A stretch of DNA of 64,000 nt from Perkinsela sp. CCAP 1560/9 (lineage: Eukaryota > Protista > Euglenozoa: Kinetoplastea). The notes beneath the pieces were generated by a model. The model worked only from the letters and a program-made list of their open reading frames with translations. It was not told where the DNA came from and did no database searches. Shown piece after piece: positions 46,032 to 56,492 of this stretch. The DNA is taken from positions 496,001 to 560,000 of the forward strand of contig CBFFSA010000009.1 in NCBI GenBank assembly GCA_965644495.1, read 5' to 3'. The position numbers and the translations under genes were made by a program. Positions within the stretch are counted from its first letter, which is position 1. Each line of letters begins with the position of its first letter.

Positions 46032-46259
46032 GGTGCGTACTTAAGTTTGCGAAGGTTTTGCCTTGTACTGTAAATTCATGACAAAATAGAGATACAGATA
46101 GACATTAAACGTTTCGTATTAAGGACTAGTTTGTTAACAAACCAATTAAAACATGTAGAATTACGAACGGAATACATGTTTTCTGACATAAGTTTTAATC
46201 AGAACGGTTTTTTAACCAAGGACACATGACTAAATAAAAAATGGTCCCTAACCGCCTTA

Positions 46260-47042
46260 TTACACCAGCAACACGGCATTAATCACACCATCAAGTTCGG
46301 GATTATTCGTAACCTGGGCGTATTTCCCCCAGACCACCTTCCCGCTGGGGGTCACCAAGCCGAGCTCGCTGACATTCACCTCAATCACTGTACCCTTGGT
46401 GATCACCCCGAGGGTAGTGTACACCCGACTTTGGGGATTCTTCTTCACCCCTATGATCGGGAGCGTGAACGTGGTCTTCAGCTCGGGATGCGTCACCTGG
46501 GCCTTCTTCTGTCGCAGCCCCATGGGACGAATAAACCGCTCGTATTTCGGCATCTTTCGCGTGAAGCTCTCCCCCACGAAGGTGACCTTGTTAATCATCC
46601 GTTTCCAGGACTTTTTTCCCCGCTTCCCACTCGTGACGACCTGAAACATCTCGTCCTCCACCATGGACTTCACTTTCGGGATCGGCACCGACCACTTCCC
46701 CGCCTTCTCCTTCCGTTTCTGTTTTAAACTGTTACTGAGCACTTTGCTGCGCTCCGTCTCGGCGCGGTCCATGAGAAACGCAGGCAGCGCCCCCTCCGTG
46801 GTGGGTTTGATCTTTTGGTGGGGCGCGAGTTTCTCTTGGTGGGCTCTCATGCGTTTCCGGATCTCCGCTTTCTCTTTGTAGCGGCGCGAGGAGGCGATCT
46901 TGGCCTTAAACCCCCGCGTGGTTTTGAGTTTCTTCGCCTGTTTGTGGTGACCCCGGGCGAGACGCTTTCGGGAGCGTTCCGGGGCGTCGAGCTGTCGCCC
47001 GTACCGTTTCTGTGCGAGCTCAATGTACTCGTTCTGCGGCAT
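46260..47042 (-). CDS. NSA2: ribosome biogenesis protein NSA2 (260 aa)
   Basis: MPQNEYIE...[14 protein letters not shown]...[12 protein letters not shown]...[19 protein letters not shown]; start set at ATG 47042. Confidence 0.97.
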   Translation of the reverse strand: MPQNEYIELAQKRYGRQLDAPERSRKRLARGHHKQAKKLKTTRGFKAKIASSRRYKEKAEIRKRMRAHQEKLAPHQKIKPTTEGALPAFLMDRAETERSKVLSNSLKQKRKEKAGKWSVPIPKVKSMVEDEMFQVVTSGKRGKKSWKRMINKVTFVGESFTRKMPKYERFIRPMGLRQKKAQVTHPELKTTFTLPIIGVKKNPQSRVYTTLGVITKGTVIEVNVSELGLVTPSGKVVWGKYAQVTNNPELDGVINAVLLV

Positions 47043-47278
47043 AGGAGCGTTATAGGGGAAGGGAAGAAAAGATAAGAAAGGGGTAGTGCTAGGAAAGGAT
47101 AGGGAAACACTCCGTATTTCGAGGGCTCCCCAATGCGCTATTATTTTATAAAATGGGATAAGTTTTACAAAATTTTCACTACTATGGTATGTGCCTTTTT
47201 CGTGCACGCCCCTGCATAACTATTTGGAGCGTTACGCACAGTAATGCATGGCTCCTTGCAGTATTTGAGGATATTCGA

Positions 47279-48166
47279 TTACCAAGCATCAAGAGGTGTA
47301 GCAATGAGGGAAGGTAACCGTCCTAAATCACATCTCAAAGACTGTGGATGTGGAATGGGTTCCACTGAAGAAATATTATTTCCTTTAAGGTCAATTAAAA
47401 TCAAATATTTCGATGCGGTTCGGAGGTCAACATGCCCAGTAAACGAGTTATTTTTCAGGAAGACGTATTTCAACGTCGATGGAACAGAATTAAGGTTCAA
47501 TTCACCGCTCAGTTTATTATTGTCGATGTCAAGGCGTACGAGCGTAGTTGGTAAGCTCTTAAGAATCAGGCGCCCATAAAACATGTTGTTGGCAAGATAC
47601 AGTTTTTCTAGCGTGGAGGGTAAGGTGGTCAAGTCAAGCTCCCCATAAAGTAAATTTTCTTGAAGATCTAATATGGTTAGACCTTGAGGTAAACAAGATA
47701 GAGACACCGACCCCTCAAACCGATTTTTCGCCACTCCAAAATATATCAGATCCGAAGGAAGCTCATCTAAGTCGATTCCCCCCGTCATGTCGTTGGCATC
47801 TATGATAAACGTTTCGAGTCGCGGTGGCAACTCCAAAACCGGAAGACTGCCGGTAATTTTATTCAGACGTTCCCAGCTAAAATACTTTCCCAGAATCACG
47901 GTCTGTACAGTAACTGGAATATGGCACCAGGATATTGTACCTCGAAGCTCCATAGCGGGCCACTTTATTTCGTCAACTTGACCACTCACCACACACGTTA
48001 CGCCGTGCCACGCACACGCGTGTGTCTCTGTAGTCCATGAGGGATCACGACTCGAAATGTTGCTCACAACACGGGCGAGATCATACTCTTGCGGAAGGGA
48101 AGGACCGCGTACGCGAGCCGGCTTTCGTACAGGGGCACTGTCCGAGGCATGCAGGATGAACCACAT
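47279..48166 (-). CDS. LRR protein
   Basis: LPQEYDLAR, CAWHGVTC cap, LRRs. Confidence 0.9.
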   Translation of the reverse strand: MWFILHASDSAPVRKPARVRGPSLPQEYDLARVVSNISSRDPSWTTETHACAWHGVTCVVSGQVDEIKWPAMELRGTISWCHIPVTVQTVILGKYFSWERLNKITGSLPVLELPPRLETFIIDANDMTGGIDLDELPSDLIYFGVAKNRFEGSVSLSCLPQGLTILDLQENLLYGELDLTTLPSTLEKLYLANNMFYGRLILKSLPTTLVRLDIDNNKLSGELNLNSVPSTLKYVFLKNNSFTGHVDLRTASKYLILIDLKGNNISSVEPIPHPQSLRCDLGRLPSLIATPLDAW

Positions 48167-48253
48167 GATTTAAAGTAGATACGCTCAAAAGGCTTTGAAT
48201 ATTTATCAATACTTATTGCTGATAAATCTTCAAATGATCAGTAAAGTTTATTA

Positions 48254-48527
48254 CCGTATACCCCCCCAGTAATAGAATCGATTTTGAACCCAAATGGCCA
48301 AATCTCTGTTACTGGGGGGGTATGCTTTTTTGGTGGGAAAAGACCTTTTTGTTCATGGGTGCATTGATTTTCTGTCCAGACAACCCCGCAACTACGCCAT
48401 TCGCTCCCGCGCAACCGCCCTCACCCAGCCCAGCGATCCCCACCCGCTCAAACACCCCCTCCCCCTCCAACCACCCTCCGAGCTAAATGTCTGTTACTGG
48501 GGGGGTCTATTACTGGGGGGTATACGG
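48254..48527. mobile_element. MITE (CCGTATACCCCCC TIR, TA TSD)
   Basis: TA-CCGTATACCCCCCCAGTAATAG ... CTATTACTGGGGGGTATACGG-TA. Confidence 0.9.
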
Positions 48528-49215
48528 TAATATTACTCACGACTATCAATACCTACCGGATGGTTCTTCTTTTTTATTTTTCCGAAATGAAACTCTCAAC
48601 GTTTCCGGCGTGCCAAGGAGTCCGGATGGGCATATCTGAGGTATTTTCTTTTCAGTTATTTTGTTTCTAATCAAATTTTTTTTTCTTATTGATTAAGCTT
48701 TACTCATTGTTATCGTTTTATTCGTTCTAACACCAAATATTGCAGTGCTTCGAAAAATGGGACGTTCGATGAAGTGTGTTCCTTGAAATAAGCGTTCACG
48801 TCAAATTCGGAACAGAGAAGCGGTGATTGATGCAAATCCGGTCAAACTTTTGAAGAAGAGAATTGTCCTTCGAACGAATGTACCGTTCGCGTGATTCATG
48901 TTTGCAAGAAATGAAATGCTTTAAAATACTTCTGTTTGCGGTGCAGTTGAAAAGGGGGATTTGAACCCTAAGTAAAACAGCTGTCATTCAATTTTCACGA
49001 AATCGAAATCATGCGAAAGTTTTCCCTCTCATTTCCCACATTTCTGGAAAATTGGGGATTGTGGTGTTGCGAGTTAAAATCGATGTAGAAGCGACACGTA
49101 CCATATGAACGTGGTTGGTGACTCAACACTCTGAAGTTCACGCGAAAACACGCGTGAAGATGTAAATGCACATGCAGATCCTCTGTAACTCCATTTTTAC
49201 AAGGAAAATAAGCTC

Positions 49216-49983
49216 CTACTTTTGCTTCTCCCACGGCGTAAACGAGGTGCCACAGGAGCACGAGGTATCGGCGTTCGGGTTATTCGTAATCACAAACGCC
49301 GAACCTTTGAGCTCACTGTGGAAATCTAACGTGGAGCCCTTCAGCGCGCTCATACACACGCGCCGTATCACGACACCGCCTTCGGGGAAACGTAATAAAA
49401 CATCCTTGTCCGGGGAATACTTCTGTGCTGACTCGAACGTAAACGCGTAGGAGAGTCCTTGACAACCGCCCGGGGTAAGATCTACGCGCAGGGCGGAAAA
49501 GGAGGACTTCGTATTGTTTGTTTCATCCTGGTGCTTATTTATAACGGTAGGCGAAGCGGAAGGTATCGAAGGCTGGTCGTTTTGCAGTTCATCTTTTCGC
49601 TGTTCATCTTGCAGAAGAGGGGATGTAAAATTTCCGCTTGCCGTTGAGTCGCTCAGGGGGGAACTCTCGATTGCCGAAGGTTTCTCCCTTTTTGGGTTTA
49701 TGACTTCATCCCCATCGTTTCGGGTGCGAAGATAATGTTGTATGCGCGATCGTGCGCTACGAGTGAGATAGAGTAGGGGCACAGACAACGGCGATGAGTT
49801 TGGATTGACATATAAAGGCAGCAAGTCTGTTTGTGTGGGATCTACATGTGGAGTTCTGGGGGTCGAGGTGAGGGTCGTCACACTTCTTTGTTTGTTCTCC
49901 TCGTTGGCGAAATTGGGTCGCTGCACAACTGTTTTGTACGGCACGCACAGACGCTTATGGAAGAAACGCAACACACCTTTCAT
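49216..49983 (-). CDS. mitochondrial Fe-S cluster assembly protein IscA/HesB (ISCA2-like)
   Basis: GGCQGLSY, GSTLDF..EL..SAF, NPNA..SCSCGTSF; N-terminal presequence. Confidence 0.9.
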   Translation of the reverse strand: MKGVLRFFHKRLCVPYKTVVQRPNFANEENKQRSVTTLTSTPRTPHVDPTQTDLLPLYVNPNSSPLSVPLLYLTRSARSRIQHYLRTRNDGDEVINPKREKPSAIESSPLSDSTASGNFTSPLLQDEQRKDELQNDQPSIPSASPTVINKHQDETNNTKSSFSALRVDLTPGGCQGLSYAFTFESAQKYSPDKDVLLRFPEGGVVIRRVCMSALKGSTLDFHSELKGSAFVITNNPNADTSCSCGTSFTPWEKQK

Positions 49984-50151
49984 CGTGCTACTTTAAGAAT
50001 TGCTGGATTCCTCACGCTTTGAGCTGACCTTCGCATTGAAAACCATGAGTGAAAACGTATTTTCTGACTGCTTATTTTCTGACCGAACTATATTTTTGTA
50101 ATTCCCTTTTCCTCCCCCCCTAATCCCATCACCCAGCTAGCCTCGTACCCC

Positions 50152-50184
50152 GCGGCGGTACCAGTCTTGTACTGGTACCGCCGC
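50152..50184. repeat. perfect 14-bp GC-rich hairpin
   Basis: GCGGCGGTACCAGT-CTTGT-ACTGGTACCGCCGC. Confidence 0.8.
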
Positions 50185-51480
50185 TTTTGTAATCAATAGT
50201 TTAGTGCTGTAGAAAAGCCGTAGATCTAAGATCTACATAATTGGCGTACGTTACACAATGGGGGGTTCTCGGACTCGCTGACTTTTAAAGCGATTTTTTT
50301 TAATTTAGGGTTTGATGAAAAAGAAAGGACGAAATACTGTGCCCCCCCACCACTTGTTTGTTTTTTTCGACGAAGCCTAGGAGATCCGGCACCGTGACCC
50401 GACAACACCCCTCAACCCTGTCTCATCTTGCCAACGATCATTCTGCCCCACAACCCTCTTCATGTCATCCCCGTCGCCCTGACGATACCCACCCTGCCCC
50501 ATGAGTCGGTGCTCTATCAAATTGTATCAATACGACAGTCAAAACTATCACGACATCAACATTCGAAAAAAATCTAGCACCTGACCACTCAACAGAAACT
50601 AACTGTGTCAGTCTGATGAGTCGGCAGAAAAGCTAAGTCAAAGGTATTCTGTAAACTTTCATACCGTTTCTCGAATAAAAAAGAAAGGCGCAGAATTTTT
50701 TCAAAAGATTGTTAACAATGGTAGTCCAGAAAACCCCCGAGAGATCCATCAACTGCGAGTGTCAACTTGCAATAGCGAAAGTTGACCGAGATCTAATCGA
50801 ACAGCACTCAATAATCGAACAGACTCACTAATCAAACAGACAACTTATCGAACAGCACAGTGTTATTTCAAAGGAAATAATAGTGTTTGACGAAACGTGA
50901 GGTGTGCAATAACAAACGAAATGGAAACCATAACAATATTCTTGGCCGGCCTGTATGATATGAAAAATCAGAGAGCTGTTGAGTAGAAGTCTTGAGCACT
51001 GATGAAACACTTTTCATTCTAGGACAAGGCTAATTTCCGCGCCAGCTATCATGCAGCATAACAATTTTTGCATGCCTGTACTACCTCAAAAGCACACTGC
51101 GCTTGCCTCTGGGCGCAAATCAAAATTGAGAAAGTAGGGCCGGGACCTCCTCGTGGTCTTCCGTGGTACTGCCACCTTACTGATGGTCCTAACGCTGAAC
51201 TAAGAACATTTGTAAACAGACACATATTTTGAAGCATACATGTATTGTTTTCCCACACTTAATTGTCACAGACTTACCCCCACGCTATTTGTCTTTTTTC
51301 AAAAAGGAGGTGACGAATAAGTCGGAGGGCACAGTATTAGATAACTCTGAAAATGATACTCTTAGAATGTCTTTTGCAAAAAAAAGGTGTCTTTTTGCAC
51401 AAAAACACAGATTTTGCTTGGCCTTTTCTCTAATTGTTTTCCCACTGCACCGCATTTTCTGCAGCTCTAAAATTTCTGTC

Positions 51481-52291
51481 TCAATCAAATTCCTGTGGTA
51501 TGCCGATGAATATTTCGAGTATGCGACGCGCAATATTTCCATTGGGAAAGAATCGAATGTTAATCACTCCTGCAAAGGGGTCAACAGTGCTGAGCCAAAG
51601 AGCTCCTTCACCCTGCAATCCAATGTTACTTCCCAGTGTCAAAAGACTTAGACTTTGGGGCAGACCTGCAAACACAATTGTTCCCGTGAGAGAGTTATTT
51701 TCTAGGGAAAGCTCTTCAAGGTGCAACGGTAAGTATCGTAAGTCAGGAGTGCCTGTAAACGCATTGTGCGACAGATCCAAAGCTGTAAGTTGAGGCGGTA
51801 GCGCTGCGAGAGATATCGATCCAGAGAAGCAATTACGAGAAAGCCAGAGTGTAGCCATGTTCCTGGGCAGTGCATCCAAATCGCAATTACCAACGAACTC
51901 ATTGCTCGTAAGACCCAAATATTCCATAAAGGGTGGAAGAATCGACCATGGCACTACACCAGACATTTTTTTTGCTGTTAATCGTAAAGGCATACAAGGA
52001 TTTTGGTAAGTACTGCCATTGTAAATCGCCGCCTAGACATTCGTTATACTCCAAATGTCCCCAAACAATGCTGGTTACATTACCGGTAGAGGTACATCTG
52101 ACCCCCTTCCATTCACATCCTGGGGTAATTTCGGTCCATGTCGCATGCTTTGTTCCCGTAACCTTTTGTATCAGACGTGCAAGAGTGTATTCGATCGGGA
52201 GATTCGTTGAGGAAACCTTGCCCACGCGCGGTGCATCGCTTGCAAGAAGACTGAATGGAGGAATAGGCATGGATAAAGTTAAAATATGCAT
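51481..52291 (-). pseudogene. LRR gene with a frameshift in an A8 run
   Basis: The N-terminal ORF (RVGKV..LPIEYTLAR, CEWKGVRC) and the C-terminal LRR ORF switch frame at T8 51966-51973; could be a sequencing error. Confidence 0.75.
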
Positions 52292-52464
52292 CGAGGATAA
52301 CACGGACAAAAACTTTTGTGTGTCGTAGAGTACAAATTTTAATTTTCACTTGAAGTACTTATACAGGTTTGTTTGGTGCCAAATCTAACGTGAAACACAT
52401 TATTAAAAAAGAAAATTGTCAAAGCAAACTTCATTAAAGGTACCCACCAGGATGCGTTTATTCA

Positions 52465-53169
52465 CTAGAACTCGTCCTCTTCCTCCTCATCCTCATCTTC
52501 CTCGTCCACGCCATCCACATCCTCACTCCCCGTTTCCGTGCTCTGTAATTTCCTCGCGTCATGCACGGCCTTCATCTCACGCTCCCTCTCCACGTGTTTC
52601 GGTATCCGCGGGTTGTTACACAAATCCAACGTTCGGTTACAGGTAAACGTCAAGAACGCCTCAAACGACTCCAGGGGGTCGTTCGTGTCCTCCCTCATTA
52701 AATCCGTCAGCTCCGCCTCGAATTCATCAAAATCTTCTTTACACAAACTCTCACAGACGGTTTTGGAGACCGCCCGGAGCGCCGCACGGTCCTCCGGGTT
52801 ATAAAACACCGCAGGCGGCAGGGAGTGATCTGTGGAGAAGACGCGCAAATTGCGCTGCGGGTCATACCGCAGGGCGCACTCATCGCCCATCTCCACACAG
52901 ATGTTCTCCATGATTTCAACCCCCTGGAGCTCGGAGCCGTAGTATTTTTTCCGTTTGATTTTGTTGCTTTTGTTGAGACGCCCGCTGGTTTGAAAGGTCG
53001 CGTCTTTTGTTTTCTCCAAGTGGGTCTGGAGCTCATCCCAGATTTTACGCGCGACGGTCTCGCAGATGGAACACTTGAGGTGGCGGTACTCGTGGAGCGG
53101 GTCAGCGGAGACGGGGGAGAGGGAGAGGGAGGTGAGGAGGAGAGGGAGGAGGAGGGAGGAGAGGGACAT
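52465..53169 (-). CDS. Canopy/saposin-like (DUF3456-type) ER protein
   Basis: Signal peptide, KCSIC, SEL...IMENIC, later Cys pairs, acidic tail ending EDEF (KDEL-like). Confidence 0.75.
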   Translation of the reverse strand: MSLSSLLLPLLLTSLSLSPVSADPLHEYRHLKCSICETVARKIWDELQTHLEKTKDATFQTSGRLNKSNKIKRKKYYGSELQGVEIMENICVEMGDECALRYDPQRNLRVFSTDHSLPPAVFYNPEDRAALRAVSKTVCESLCKEDFDEFEAELTDLMREDTNDPLESFEAFLTFTCNRTLDLCNNPRIPKHVEREREMKAVHDARKLQSTETGSEDVDGVDEEDEDEEEEDEF

Positions 53170-53941
53170 GGAAATACAGGGGTCTGAAATAGCGTAGAAT
53201 GACCTTAAAAGAGAATTTTCATAAACAAAATTACGAAAGAAGTACCTTAAAGTAATAAAAATTTGTAAAAGAAAAATTCTAAAATATTGGATAAAATTTG
53301 TTGGTCTGCATTAAATCTATCAAACCGTTTAAAGTTTAAACCACGATATGAAAGAGATATTTGATAGGTGTAGGGCTACCATGGTGGAAGGAAACAATGT
53401 GGTAGAGTGTAGAGAGATAAGCTCGAAACGGCAAAGAAGAGGAAAGGAAAAGATAATCAGAAAGGATGTACAGGGTTAGAAAATGTCAGGTGTTGTGTAA
53501 AAAGTCATGCTGTATAAAATGTTTAGGAAATGTCCGCTACAAAAAAAAGAGGAAGGAAATGATTTATAAAGTGAAGGATGTACAAATGTACAATGTACAA
53601 ATATACAATTCTAAATCACTTTTGGATGGAACATGATAAGCAAGCAAGAAATAAAAAACGAAGTGAATCAATAAATGGGGTAGAACAAAGATGCATCGCT
53701 CAAGTAGAGTAAAGAGATTGTCGTGTAATTTCTGAAGTAGGGCAGGTGCATTCGCCTTTGTGAAGTTAGTTTCGTTACATAGAGACATAATTTTTGGCAG
53801 TACTAGTTTCGAAGTTTTTCTCGTGCTCAAAAACGTGTCTGGGTGGTATACATTTTTGGATGTTTGGGGGGTACATACATTTTTTTTTCGCGAATGTTTT
53901 TACTAATAAAGATCAGCCCAGCGTGAACTCATTACAGCACA

Positions 53942-55894
53942 TTATGACGTTGGTTCTTGCTCCTGTGAGTCGTCGCTCGTTCCACCTGCTACATAGACTG
54001 TCACAGAGGAAAATATCTCAGAGCCTTTCTTGAGCATCTTATGAAAAGAAAGTCCCGCCTTATTGTCAGCAGGTATAAAGCAAAGGACTTCGTCCCCGTA
54101 CGCTACATTTTTATATTTCCCATTTACTGACTCAACCTCTTTCTGTACCACAGGTTCCTCTATATTTTGGTTCATTTTTTCACTAGTGCTTGCAATTTCT
54201 GTATCTTGGTCTACAGCTCTTCTGCTGACGACCTGCTTCGGCACCTGTTGGTGTTCATCGCTCTTCTCTCCTATTTCTTGAGATTCTTGAGAATTGGGCA
54301 TTTCATTATCATGCAGACTTTTATTCAGAGCTTGTCCGGTCGGATCATGGAAGGATGCGCGAATAATTCGTTCTCCTGCTTTTTTGTCTCCCGAATCGAC
54401 AGATTTTCTGTCATATGCTGAAGAACGCCTATGTTTTTCTTCCGTCTTCGTCACCATACACAAAGCTTCATCACCGTACAGGAAGTCGCTGTCATCTTTC
54501 CCTGTTGATCTAGATGGCTTTTTTGGTCTTAAATTCTCCTCGATGGGTTCGAGCAACTGCGTCGCCGTTTTTTCCGCAATACGTTTTGATGAATTCTGGC
54601 GTCGGTTTTCAATGGAATGCGGCCACACAGGCTCTGAACGATACTTCCAAATTTCATATGAGCACTCCAGTGCTGAAGCGGACATTGCGCAAAGTGCCTC
54701 TTCGAAATTTGACGGAATCAGTCGTTTCAAGTGAGCGCAGGCTTCACTGGCAATTCCACGAGCACCGATTTCAAAGCAAAAAAGTTCACAATGTTTTCCC
54801 GTTTTCTTCTCTAAAAGCTTGCAAGCGGTTTGATATTTCAGGTGTTTGCTTGCGTGCATAAGCGGCAGTCGCAGTTCCCATGGACACGTAGCCTCCAGAA
54901 TCGCCCGCGACCCGTCCTTGAATACAACATATCCGTCGGGGCGTAACCCGTTACACACACGTTTCAGCTCTGCGGGGATATATCCGTAATTCGGAAGATC
55001 CAACCAAAGAGTATTCAAACAGGAACTCTCACGTATTTGTTTGCCCAATAAACTTAGTACGGAGTTGTGTCGGTATGTGTATCGATCTTGATTCAGGGCT
55101 ACTTTGCAGCGATTTAATATGTGCCGTAAGGTAGCAGGTTCTTTGAGGCATAGTTCACATTGGGGGTAACGAGGCCCTGTCTTTTCAAGATGGATCCTCG
55201 ACGTATCCCCGATTTGGGTAACTTCCTGTCCTATCTTTTGGTTTGATTTTGTATCCAACCTGCTGTTTGGAGCATCAGATATTATTTTGCTGGAGGCAGC
55301 GCGCAACTTTTTAACTGTCTTTTCAGCATCTAAGTGAATTTTCTCTTGAGAATGCACTACAGGAGATAACGCTTCATTGGCCCACTCTGCAACATTAAAC
55401 GGTACACGATCAAGCGCTTTTCTGAAAGCTTTAACCGACATATGGTTTTCATCAATCGGTTGAGTATCCCACACCTCCTTAGGGTACCACGAGTAGTACG
55501 CAGCAAGTTTTTGGACTTGTTTGTTTTTTGAAAGATTTTCCGTAGTTTTTTCAGGGGAACATTTTTGCTTAGCGGTTGCTGAATTAGGAGCGTCTTCCAT
55601 TGAAGGTATTGCTTTGAGTTCTTTAAGTTTGATACCATCTTTGTTGGTAAGAAATGCCGGATTCTTCGGTGTCACGTCTTGCTTGTTTATATAATCAATC
55701 GTATTTATCACGCGAGAGTTCTCAGTAAGATGTTTTTCCAGTTGAATGCGATGATTCACAGCTCTGATTTCCGACTCCACGGTGTCTTTACACTCTGGTG
55801 AGGAAGAAAATAAGTACGTGCTATATTCCTTTGACGATGCAAGGATGATTCGCACTGAGGATAGGAAACATAGACGAGGTGTTGCGCGCTGCAT
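53942..55894 (-). CDS. protein with CCHC zinc knuckle and restriction-like (PD-(D/E)xK) endonuclease of non-LTR type, no RT
   Basis: Intact 650-aa ORF: CELC..ATLRHILNRC, RYTYRHNSVL, RPDG, ILEATCPWE, KHLKY, FEIGARG. Confidence 0.85.
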   Translation of the reverse strand: MQRATPRLCFLSSVRIILASSKEYSTYLFSSSPECKDTVESEIRAVNHRIQLEKHLTENSRVINTIDYINKQDVTPKNPAFLTNKDGIKLKELKAIPSMEDAPNSATAKQKCSPEKTTENLSKNKQVQKLAAYYSWYPKEVWDTQPIDENHMSVKAFRKALDRVPFNVAEWANEALSPVVHSQEKIHLDAEKTVKKLRAASSKIISDAPNSRLDTKSNQKIGQEVTQIGDTSRIHLEKTGPRYPQCELCLKEPATLRHILNRCKVALNQDRYTYRHNSVLSLLGKQIRESSCLNTLWLDLPNYGYIPAELKRVCNGLRPDGYVVFKDGSRAILEATCPWELRLPLMHASKHLKYQTACKLLEKKTGKHCELFCFEIGARGIASEACAHLKRLIPSNFEEALCAMSASALECSYEIWKYRSEPVWPHSIENRRQNSSKRIAEKTATQLLEPIEENLRPKKPSRSTGKDDSDFLYGDEALCMVTKTEEKHRRSSAYDRKSVDSGDKKAGERIIRASFHDPTGQALNKSLHDNEMPNSQESQEIGEKSDEHQQVPKQVVSRRAVDQDTEIASTSEKMNQNIEEPVVQKEVESVNGKYKNVAYGDEVLCFIPADNKAGLSFHKMLKKGSEIFSSVTVYVAGGTSDDSQEQEPTS

Positions 55895-56492
55895 ATATAA
55901 AAAGAGCTTTCAGTAGGGGGTCAAAATAGTCGGTTTCAGAGGAGTAGGATAGAAATTGTTTCCAGCACGACCTTCCACCGAGGCCCCTAAAACGATTTAT
56001 AGATAGTTTATAGTGTTTCAAGAAAATTTATAGTACTATAAACCTCGTTTATAGTACTATAGACACTATATAGTACTATAAAAACTACTAGTATATGGTG
56101 TTTATCCGTGTTCCATGCCCAGGAAGGCACGAGGTAGACAGATCGGTCAGTGGACCCAGAGGAATTTCGCGGGGTAGGAGAGAGCCGATGGAGGTGTAGA
56201 GGCTTAGAGGGCAGGATTAGATGTCACGTGTATGTGTGTTTTATGTATGAAAAAAGGCGTCTGGGCTGGAACATATCTGACATTAAAGTAGGTCTACTTC
56301 CCCATCGACTTCAACAAAGTGTGAAAAAATGATTTTAGCTTGACCACGACGCTTGTTGGGCATAATGATGAGAAAAATAGTGAGAAATCTTTTAAGGAAA
56401 CGGGAGTGAAAAAAGAAATTGCGTCGATTCGTCATTTCAAGCAATACTTTCAGAAAAAACCTTACTAAGAAAAATACTAAAAAAATAGTTTT

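Noticed and set aside
50152-50190. Rho-independent terminator
   Set aside because: Eukaryotic sequence, with no plus-strand gene upstream.
50613-50640. Hammerhead ribozyme core (CTGATGA...GAAA)
   Set aside because: No proper stem II or stem III/NUH pairing; the region instead reads as a decayed transposase-like HTH (LSQRYSVNFHTVSRIKKK).
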